Source: Candidatus Cloacimonadota bacterium (GTDB lineage Bacteria; Cloacimonadota; Cloacimonadia; JGIOTU-2). Taken from it: a stretch of DNA of 64,000 nt. The position numbers were made by a program, and so were the translations under genes. The DNA is taken from assembly GCA_016932035.1 (NCBI GenBank), contig JAFGDR010000023.1, forward strand, positions 9,775-73,774. Reading direction: 5' to 3'. Of this stretch, positions 1 to 8,342 are shown one piece after another. The notes under the pieces are model-generated. The model saw only the letters and a program-made list of their open reading frames with translations. It did not search any database and was not told where the DNA came from. The stretch's first letter is position 1. Each line of letters starts with the position of its first letter.

Positions 1-196
1 CTGAGAGAATCGCATGAATGCCTCCAATAAGAATTTGCATTCAACTTTTTTTTGCAGTGTTGCAGTGTCAAGAAAAGCAAGATATTAGCATTACTTAGAA
101 AGAAATATCATTTTGTTTGTATTCTCTCATTATTCAACTTCTTGACAAAAAAACCCTCCCTGTTAACAACAACTCAAAATCCAAAGGGGAGGTCGC

Positions 197-3100
197 GTGA
201 AAAATGTTTTTTTCACGGGCATACTTTTTATGCTCCTGCTGCCATTAAGTGTAACGGCACTTGATATACAATCCACTGATACCAATCTCTTAATTACAGG
301 AAAATTCGATCCATGTACTGTTGAGACAGAAAAAAGGGGAGAGTCTCAATTCTGCTCGCTTAGTATAGACGGTTATGCTTCAACAGGAGAGCCGGGCAAA
401 GCTTCATTGCCTGTTTTTTCTCAACTCTTTGCATTACCACCATCCGGAAGTTACATGTTATCTGATTTTTCTTTCACATATGATGAACAGGTCATAGATG
501 AAAAGATACGGCCTTTCGGTTGGGAAGATGATCTCACTCTTGATGAAGATTTTTACAAACAAGATGAATGGTATCCCAATGAAATAGTAACCATCGGCTC
601 ACCGGTTATCATGCGGGGATATAGATTCTGCCAGATTTCGATCGCAGCTGTTCAGTACAATCCTGCACAGAACATGATACGAACTCTAAAAGATATCAAA
701 GCAGAGTTTGAACTTGATACATCAAACGATGAAAATCCTTTAACAGATACTAAAAACAGGTCGTCATACTCATTTTCAAAAATTGCATCAGAACATATTT
801 ATGGAATGAGTAAGGACGGCATCAACGATAATGGAAGCTATCTCATCATAACACCAGACGCTTGTGCATATTCACTTGAATTACTGGCTGAGTGGAAGAG
901 AAAACTTGGTCATGAGGTGACCATCACACTCCTCTCTGAAATAGGAGCTTCACCTGATAATTATGATATAAAAGACTACATTCAGAACGCCTATCTTTCG
1001 TGGGATGTTCCCCCGGAATTCGTTATTCTCGTTGGAGATGTTACAGGTAATTTTATAATGCCATCATTTTATGTTGATGGGTATTTGACACCATACGATG
1101 TCTCAGATCATCCATATACACTCCTTGATGGAACGGACTATTTTCCTGATATTTATATCGGTCGTATTTCAATTCAAAGTTTAATGAACCTGAATACTAT
1201 TATTACAAAAATTATTACGTATGAAAGTACTTATATTGCAGGAAATTGGTATGATGAAGCACTCATGATATCCTGTATCGATCCTGAGTATGGTATGTTT
1301 ACACACTATATTACGAAATTAAATATTGGAACAAAGCTTTATTATGATGGTTTCAACCAGGTTGATTTCTTTACGTATCCGATGAATGTCGGCATTCCTC
1401 AGTTAATCAGCATGATCGATGACGGGTACACATTGATCAATTTCAGAGGTTTTGGGAGTCCGCTCTATTGGTGCAACTCCTATGGGTATCACTTTTTAAA
1501 TTCATCTGATTTGCCCTCTTTGAATAACGGTTTCATGCTTCCCATGCTAACGAGTATGACCTGCGGCGGGGGTGACTTCGCTTTCACCGAAGCAGACCAA
1601 TGTTTCGGTGAATTATGGATGGCAGAAGGTACACCCTCAAATCCAAGAGGTTCAATCGGATTTATTGGACCGAGTGAATGGGACACAAAAACTCCATGGA
1701 ATAATTGTAATGATATGGGAATCTATCAGGGTATCACACAGGAAGATCTCTTTCGATGCGGCGAGATGATGCTTCGCGGAAAGATGGAACTTTATAATAA
1801 TTATCCTCACAACCATGCCTGGGGTGGTTCACTCGATTCTGATCAATTCTATTTTTATGTGTACAACCTGCTCGGTGATCCAGGATTGCAGGTTTGGACT
1901 GATGAACCAAAAGATATTACGGTTATCACTGAAGATGAAATATCTGATATGCAAAATTATCTGGTTGTGGAAATTGATGTTGATGATGAAAAATCAGACT
2001 TCATGGTTTCCCTTACAAAAGATGGAGCACTTATCACAAAAGGTATGACTGATGAAAATGGCAGTGTAACACTCTTTGCTGATTTTCTTGTTGATTCATA
2101 CCAGGTAACAGCATCGAAGTATGAATTTCTTCCTGAGGTCGTTAATATATCTGTCAATGCAGAAAGCCAACTTGACGTGACTGAAGTTACTTTCATCGAT
2201 GATCCAATTTCAGGTACTGATGCTGAGTATTCTGTTACGCTTGATAATCCTAATCTCATTAATGCCGAAGATATTGAAATAATGATCTCGACTGATGAAG
2301 AAGCTGTAACAGTCATTACAGACAGCGCTTACGTGCAGAATATCCCAGTAGGTGCATCACATACCTTTGAAAATCTCCTTCTAAGCATTAATGAAAAATG
2401 GGCGGCTGGTAAAACCGCGAATGTTGACGTGAATATCAGCTCTAATTTTGGAGATCAGTCATATATCATTCCGGTAGAGATAGTGAGTCCTGAGCTTGTT
2501 CTTATGGACTTTCTCGTTCAAAATGCAGATACCTGTCTCATTCAAAACCAACAAGATAACGTCATCATCAAACTTACAAATACAGGTGATGTGCAAACAG
2601 GATATATCAGCGCGACTCTTTTGTGTACAAATGGTAAAGCTGATGTCATCCAGGATGTCAGTTTCTATAACTCAATAGCAGTTGGAGAAACAGGGTCAAA
2701 TCTTGTATATTTCTCTGTATTACCGGATGAAGTAATAACAGGTGAGATCGCCCAGTTCGAGTTAGAGATTACGAAAAATGACTCTATTGTACAAACTCTT
2801 CAATTCTCAATACCTATTGGCTTAATAGAAGAAACGAGCCCAACCTTCTCAAATTATGGGTACTATGCAATTGAAAGTTCAGATACAGGATTTTTCAATG
2901 CTCCGGTATATGATTGGGTAGAACTCAATCCTGCAATGGGAGGACAGGGGATACCTGTTTGGGGAGATTATACATCGGTCGATGGATACACAAAAATTCT
3001 CAATCTGCCTTTTGGATTTACGTATTTCGGGAACTTTTATGAAACGATATCAATATCATCAAGCGGTTGGCTTTCAATGGGAGAAGAAATAATTTATCAC

Positions 3101-5110
3101 AGGAACAGGACAATACCCTCCGGATGTGGACCTTCAGCGATGATCGCACCATTCTGGGATAACCTGCAGAATGGGATCATTTTTTCGTGGTTTGATCAGG
3201 ATGAGCATAGATACATTATTGAATGGCAGGCATTTGAAAATTTTTATGATCCCAGTGTAAAAGAAACGTTTGAAGTTATTTTGTATGATCCGGAATATTA
3301 CCCGACTCCAACAGGCGACGGCGAGATTCTGTTCCAGTACCAGACAATATCAAATGTTGATCAGGACGAGAACTATGCGACCGTTGGCATTGAGAATTTT
3401 CCTCAAACGGATGGTGTTCTCATGACCTATGCAAATATCTATGCACCAACTGCACATACCCTCCAGAATGAAACTGCCATTCTTTTCACAATAAAAGAAG
3501 GACCTGATATTCCGCTCCTTGAGATCGCACCGCAGCAGCTGGAATTTACCATTCCTCAGGATACTACTGAAACTGCATATCTGACACTTACGAATTCATC
3601 AACACAAGAGTTATCATATTGGATAGAATCATCTCATTTTTCACGGGATGAAGCAAAGGAAGGCGGCAAAAGTATCGAGAACGACTTTATTCTCTGTACA
3701 ACAGCATCATATGTTCCCGTCATTCCTATTCAGATTCTGTGCTATCTTTATCATAACAGTCCGGATGATGAACCAGTTTACGGTGTTCGTCTGGACTTCT
3801 CTGATGGTGTGTTCGTGAACACCGCAGACAATGTGGCATCTCTTAACTATAATGGAGAAACAGGAATGGGAGCTTCTGTTACCTGGGGCTTCGGGAATGG
3901 AACTCCCGTTTATATTTCAGGGGTGCATGGATTCCAGATCAATGTTACTATAGATCCAAGTATTACAGGACCGATCGAAGTTGGATGGTATCTCGAAGGT
4001 GACGGTTCAGGAACTGCTCCACATTCAAAAGAAGGAACCTTTACACTACAACCTTCAACCAATTCATATCTATGGATGGACTATCCCGATGGGGGAGAAA
4101 CACTTGTTTACAGTACAATAGATACGATCAGATGGTTTACCTATGGATCGATTGATAATGTGTCGGTTTATCTTTCACGAGATAACTGTAATACATGGGA
4201 AACACTAGCCGAAAATATCCCGAATACTAACGAATTAGCATATACAGTTGCTGGTGTACTTTCTGATAATTGCAGGATCAAAGTTCAGAATACTAATGGA
4301 TCACAGAATGATATGTCGGATAATACATTCTCAATCAATATATTCGATATTACTCATCCTGAAAATGGTGAAGTACTGGAATATAATACATTGGATACTC
4401 TTATATGGTATTATACAGGTATTTATCAAAATGTGATACTCCAATTCTCTCCTAATAACGGCTATACCTGGGAAACGATCAACAACGAAATGCCTAATGC
4501 TGGTACTTATGAATATACTGTCCCGGGTCCTCCCTCACGATGGTGTGCATTCAGGATCATTTCACCTGATTATACAACATCAAACAGAACTTTGGGAGTC
4601 TTCACGATTGTAGACACACCGATTGGCTGGCTGCAGGTTGGTGCGTCATCAGGAACACTTGAACCTGGAGGTTCAGCGCTCATTCCGATACACGTCAATA
4701 CAACAGAATTAGAAGCAGGATATTACGAAGCATATGTCTGTGTTACCTCTCAAATAGGGCAGAAGATCAACATTCCTATTATGCTGGAAGTAAGTTATGG
4801 CAATGATGATGAACCTCAAGAAGATGTCGCAAATACTACGATATATCCTAATCCATTTATTTCTTCTGCTACGATTTCGTATTACAAAACTAAGAATTCC
4901 CAAGATCATGTAGAAATTATCATTTATAACATAAAGGGTCAACTGATTAGGGAAATTGAAGATATACATTCACAGCAGGGAGTAAATGAAGTAGTATGGA
5001 ATGGTAAAGATCGCTATGGAAAAAGCGTTTCATCAGGTTTGTACTATTATCAGATAAAAGTTGGAAACGAAATAATTGGAACGAATAAATGTCTTCTCAT
5101 GAGAGAATAG
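197..5110 (+). CDS. Secreted 1637-aa gingipain-like (peptidase C25 family) protein with a T9SS C-terminal sorting domain
   Basis: GTG start preceded by GGGGAGG. N-terminal signal peptide (MKNVFFTGILFMLLLPLSVTA). Central region has C25-like blocks (YLIITPDACAYS.., VILVGDV, MTCGGGDF). Downstream are Ig/FN3-like beta-rich repeats. The last ~80 aa are the T9SS CTD (YPNPFISSATISY...IIIYNIKGQLI...VVWNGKDRYGKSVSSGLYYYQIKV). The catalytic His is not obvious (RGFG where HG is expected), so protease activity is uncertain. Confidence 0.7.
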   Translation: MKNVFFTGILFMLLLPLSVTALDIQSTDTNLLITGKFDPCTVETEKRGESQFCSLSIDGYASTGEPGKASLPVFSQLFALPPSGSYMLSDFSFTYDEQVIDEKIRPFGWEDDLTLDEDFYKQDEWYPNEIVTIGSPVIMRGYRFCQISIAAVQYNPAQNMIRTLKDIKAEFELDTSNDENPLTDTKNRSSYSFSKIASEHIYGMSKDGINDNGSYLIITPDACAYSLELLAEWKRKLGHEVTITLLSEIGASPDNYDIKDYIQNAYLSWDVPPEFVILVGDVTGNFIMPSFYVDGYLTPYDVSDHPYTLLDGTDYFPDIYIGRISIQSLMNLNTIITKIITYESTYIAGNWYDEALMISCIDPEYGMFTHYITKLNIGTKLYYDGFNQVDFFTYPMNVGIPQLISMIDDGYTLINFRGFGSPLYWCNSYGYHFLNSSDLPSLNNGFMLPMLTSMTCGGGDFAFTEADQCFGELWMAEGTPSNPRGSIGFIGPSEWDTKTPWNNCNDMGIYQGITQEDLFRCGEMMLRGKMELYNNYPHNHAWGGSLDSDQFYFYVYNLLGDPGLQVWTDEPKDITVITEDEISDMQNYLVVEIDVDDEKSDFMVSLTKDGALITKGMTDENGSVTLFADFLVDSYQVTASKYEFLPEVVNISVNAESQLDVTEVTFIDDPISGTDAEYSVTLDNPNLINAEDIEIMISTDEEAVTVITDSAYVQNIPVGASHTFENLLLSINEKWAAGKTANVDVNISSNFGDQSYIIPVEIVSPELVLMDFLVQNADTCLIQNQQDNVIIKLTNTGDVQTGYISATLLCTNGKADVIQDVSFYNSIAVGETGSNLVYFSVLPDEVITGEIAQFELEITKNDSIVQTLQFSIPIGLIEETSPTFSNYGYYAIESSDTGFFNAPVYDWVELNPAMGGQGIPVWGDYTSVDGYTKILNLPFGFTYFGNFYETISISSSGWLSMGEEIIYHRNRTIPSGCGPSAMIAPFWDNLQNGIIFSWFDQDEHRYIIEWQAFENFYDPSVKETFEVILYDPEYYPTPTGDGEILFQYQTISNVDQDENYATVGIENFPQTDGVLMTYANIYAPTAHTLQNETAILFTIKEGPDIPLLEIAPQQLEFTIPQDTTETAYLTLTNSSTQELSYWIESSHFSRDEAKEGGKSIENDFILCTTASYVPVIPIQILCYLYHNSPDDEPVYGVRLDFSDGVFVNTADNVASLNYNGETGMGASVTWGFGNGTPVYISGVHGFQINVTIDPSITGPIEVGWYLEGDGSGTAPHSKEGTFTLQPSTNSYLWMDYPDGGETLVYSTIDTIRWFTYGSIDNVSVYLSRDNCNTWETLAENIPNTNELAYTVAGVLSDNCRIKVQNTNGSQNDMSDNTFSINIFDITHPENGEVLEYNTLDTLIWYYTGIYQNVILQFSPNNGYTWETINNEMPNAGTYEYTVPGPPSRWCAFRIISPDYTTSNRTLGVFTIVDTPIGWLQVGASSGTLEPGGSALIPIHVNTTELEAGYYEAYVCVTSQIGQKINIPIMLEVSYGNDDEPQEDVANTTIYPNPFISSATISYYKTKNSQDHVEIIIYNIKGQLIREIEDIHSQQGVNEVVWNGKDRYGKSVSSGLYYYQIKVGNEIIGTNKCLLMRE

Positions 5111-5136
5111 CATAAACAAAACAATTAATTATACCT

Positions 5137-5170
5137 GAAGGCGATATTGGCGAATATCGCCTTCATTTTT
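5137..5170 (+). terminator. Rho-independent terminator after the C25-like gene
   Basis: Perfect 11-bp stem GAAGGCGATAT/ATATCGCCTTC with a 6-nt loop, followed by ATTTTT. Confidence 0.6.
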
Positions 5171-5286
5171 CGGGAATTAAATTGATTATAATAATATCCT
5201 CATTTAAGATACTCGACCTATTTACTATTTCTTGACAAATATTTCATACGAGATTTCGAAGCATTTAAGCATCGTGGAGGTGTGAA

Positions 5287-6828
5287 ATGAGTAGAAAAAA
5301 AATTATATTTGGTGTGGTTTTAATTCTTTTTTGTACGAGTCTGCTTTCAGCACAGGTAAATTTTCAGCATGTCTGCACATTGCATAAACCCAGTTCGGGA
5401 ATCAGTTATCAAGTTACTCAACTATTTGATTATGATAATAACGATATTGATGAAATAATTACACAATATTATGATGTGGATCAGTATCTTCAGTATATTA
5501 TTATCTCTGATATTTCAGGAACTATTATAGATTCGATCGTTATTGATGATTGGTTTTTTTATGATGAATATGTTGTTAGTGATGAAGTAATCTTATTCAA
5601 TAAAAGTGGAGTGAATGTTATTATGAGAGCTCAAGTTCCATATTTTCAAGGAAGATTAAGATTTTCACTTCAAGATTGTGAAACCCTTTCTTACATTGAT
5701 TCTCTGAATATCTTTCCTTTAAACAACAGCATGTTTTCAGAAGTATTTATTATTGATTTTTATCAAAATGATAATGAGGATATTTTTCTTGTAGGAGCAA
5801 ATGAATTTAGTTTTTTTGCTAAGGAAGATCCCAACCATACATGTTTGTTTAAGTTCAAGATTGATAATGATTCTTTGAATTATATTGATGGATATTATAA
5901 TACTGGGATGACCTGTGTTCATCCAGATAATATCGTACTTCTTTCTGTTGGTAAATATTCTTATGCTTCAGTTGGTTCAGGTGTGTCTTGTTTTAGTTAT
6001 TACTACTTGCAAAAAATAACAAAAGTCGAGCCAATCTTACAAACACAACTTCATTCTACAGGAGGTAATGTTGTTTGGGAAAAAGATTCGAAAGAAACAT
6101 ATTACCATTATCCAAAAAATTATGATGTTATCACAAAAAACAATCAAGATGATTCACCGCAGGTTCTACAATATCGCAGGCTCGATTCGGACGATGGAAC
6201 ATCTGTTCATTTTAAAGCGTATGAAACCATAAACTGGCAAGAGATTTGGTCTAAAGAAGATTCACAAATTGGCTTAGGAAAAATAACTGCATCAAGTTGT
6301 GTTCAGGTAAACAATGAAGACCATTATGTGATGTATTTCAGGGGTGATAAGCTTGAAATAAGAGACAGATTGAATGGTAACATCATTCATCACCAGGATT
6401 CTGTACTTGCAGTATGTGACATACTCAGAAAAAGCGATGGGGACCTTCTCTTCTTTGTAGAAAAAGATGATGAAACCGGTTACGATGTTTACTCTCTCGA
6501 TGGACCTATCTTCGTTTCAAATGATGAACCACCTACACAAAATGAATTCGTAATTGAACAGTATCCGAATCCATTTAAAAATGACATAACCTTTTCCTTC
6601 TCATCAAAAGAACCGACTCAAAATGTTGGGATAAAGATTTATAATATCAAGGGTCAATTGGAAAGAGCACTCCGCTTCAACACTTCTTCGCTTTCTCGCT
6701 TTCACACTGTCATTTGGGATGGACGCGATAACAGCGGAAATGCAGTTTCACAAGGCGTTTATCTCTATCGCATAAATTTAAATAAACAAGAAATTTCCGG
6801 TAAAATTATTAAACTCGATGAGGAGTAG
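5287..6828 (+). CDS. Secreted hypothetical protein with T9SS C-terminal domain (tandem paralog 1)
   Basis: ATG preceded by GGAGGTG. Signal peptide. C-terminal CTD (YPNPFKNDITFSF...IKIYNIKGQLE...VIWDGRDNSGNAVSQGVYLYRI). The C-terminal ~230 aa are about 60-70% identical to the next gene. Confidence 0.7.
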   Translation: MSRKKIIFGVVLILFCTSLLSAQVNFQHVCTLHKPSSGISYQVTQLFDYDNNDIDEIITQYYDVDQYLQYIIISDISGTIIDSIVIDDWFFYDEYVVSDEVILFNKSGVNVIMRAQVPYFQGRLRFSLQDCETLSYIDSLNIFPLNNSMFSEVFIIDFYQNDNEDIFLVGANEFSFFAKEDPNHTCLFKFKIDNDSLNYIDGYYNTGMTCVHPDNIVLLSVGKYSYASVGSGVSCFSYYYLQKITKVEPILQTQLHSTGGNVVWEKDSKETYYHYPKNYDVITKNNQDDSPQVLQYRRLDSDDGTSVHFKAYETINWQEIWSKEDSQIGLGKITASSCVQVNNEDHYVMYFRGDKLEIRDRLNGNIIHHQDSVLAVCDILRKSDGDLLFFVEKDDETGYDVYSLDGPIFVSNDEPPTQNEFVIEQYPNPFKNDITFSFSSKEPTQNVGIKIYNIKGQLERALRFNTSSLSRFHTVIWDGRDNSGNAVSQGVYLYRINLNKQEISGKIIKLDEE

Positions 6829-6830
6829 TT

Positions 6831-8342
6831 ATGAAAAAAATATTTCTTCCCGTTTTGATTCTTGTCCTTTTCGCAAGCATTGTTTCGGCAGATGTGCAAT
6901 TTCAGTATGAGTTTACGATCGATAAATTTAATAGTAATGATATACTCCAAAAAGTATATTTATTCGATTATAATAATGACGGAATTGATGATTATGCAAT
7001 CGACTATAGTTGCTACGAAGCGTATGGATTGTTTTATAAATATGTATCAGGATTATACAATAGCGAAGGTGCTCTATTTGATGAACTACATCCAGATTGG
7101 TACGAAAGATATTATTTTTTTCAAAACTACAATTTAGAAAATAGATCAATCTTTATTCATTCTCTGGACGATTCGCTTTTTATCCAGTTAAAGGAATATA
7201 ATACTGGCAGTATTCTCGATTCTATTAAAATTACTATTACAGAAGGTCATTTTTTCACTTATATAACTGATGTAAATTCAAAAGTGTTAAATGACACTAC
7301 GTATCTTTTCGTTGGTGCTATGAAGAAATGGAATTATATTGGAGATGAATACTTTACATCATATTTTTTTATTTTAAAGATTGTTGAAGATGAAATATTT
7401 CATCAGGAAGGCATTGAGAATAGTGGATTCAATAGTATTAATGCGAATAACAAAAATTTAAGTATCGGATTTTTTTATGATAATCTTGATAATGCTGCTT
7501 ATGGCTCTGAAACTTTTAATTATTATTTAAAATGTACATCATTCCAAGATAGTAATTCAGTTGAATCGTTGCATTATGCTGGAGGTTTGCTGTACTACAC
7601 AACACCCAACGAATGGAATCATTGCCCTCAAAATTACGAGATACTTACAAAAAATCCTCTAGGTGATTATCCCCATGTTCTGTATTACCAGCAGTATGAT
7701 AGTGAAGATGGAGATTCTGTCTTTTTCTATGCTTACGATCTTGATATTCCGGAAAAGGTGTGGTCAAGAGAGGATACATTATTAAATGATAGTAAGATAA
7801 CAGCATCAACCTGCGTAATGGTCAATGATGAAGTCCATTACGTTATGTACTTCTATGACAATCATACACTTGAAATACGAGACCGTTTAAACGGCAATAT
7901 AGTGCATCAACAGGATTCGGTTTTTATAGTAAGCGATATTTTAAGAAAAAGTAATGGTGACCTGCTTTTCTTTGTAGAAAAGAATGATGAAACAGGTTAT
8001 GATGTCTATTCATTCGATGGACCGATATTTGTTTCAAATGATGAATCACCTACACAAAATGAATTCGTGATTGAACAGTTTCCGAATCCCTTTAGGAATC
8101 ATATTACGTTCTCTTTCAAATCAAAAGAACTAATACAAAATGCTGAGATAAAGATTTATAATATCAAAGGACAACTGATTCAAGAGCTTCACCCTTTCTC
8201 CTCATCACCACTTCACCATTTCGAATCAACGTGGGATGGAAACGATAAACATGGACAGAAAGTAACTCCTGGTCTGTATTTGTATCAGGTTCTCATCAAT
8301 GGGGAGCAAAAAGCAGAAAGGAAATGCCTGTTGATTGAATAA
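6831..8342 (+). CDS. Secreted hypothetical protein with T9SS C-terminal domain (tandem paralog 2)
   Basis: ATG preceded by GAGGAG. Signal peptide. Shares the block ITAS.CV.VN.E.HYVMYF....LEIRDRLNGNI.H.QDSV....DILRKS.GDLLFFVEK.DETGYDVYS.DGPIFVSNDE.PTQNEFVIEQ.PNPF with the previous gene. CTD at the C-terminus. Confidence 0.7.
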   Translation: MKKIFLPVLILVLFASIVSADVQFQYEFTIDKFNSNDILQKVYLFDYNNDGIDDYAIDYSCYEAYGLFYKYVSGLYNSEGALFDELHPDWYERYYFFQNYNLENRSIFIHSLDDSLFIQLKEYNTGSILDSIKITITEGHFFTYITDVNSKVLNDTTYLFVGAMKKWNYIGDEYFTSYFFILKIVEDEIFHQEGIENSGFNSINANNKNLSIGFFYDNLDNAAYGSETFNYYLKCTSFQDSNSVESLHYAGGLLYYTTPNEWNHCPQNYEILTKNPLGDYPHVLYYQQYDSEDGDSVFFYAYDLDIPEKVWSREDTLLNDSKITASTCVMVNDEVHYVMYFYDNHTLEIRDRLNGNIVHQQDSVFIVSDILRKSNGDLLFFVEKNDETGYDVYSFDGPIFVSNDESPTQNEFVIEQFPNPFRNHITFSFKSKELIQNAEIKIYNIKGQLIQELHPFSSSPLHHFESTWDGNDKHGQKVTPGLYLYQVLINGEQKAERKCLLIE

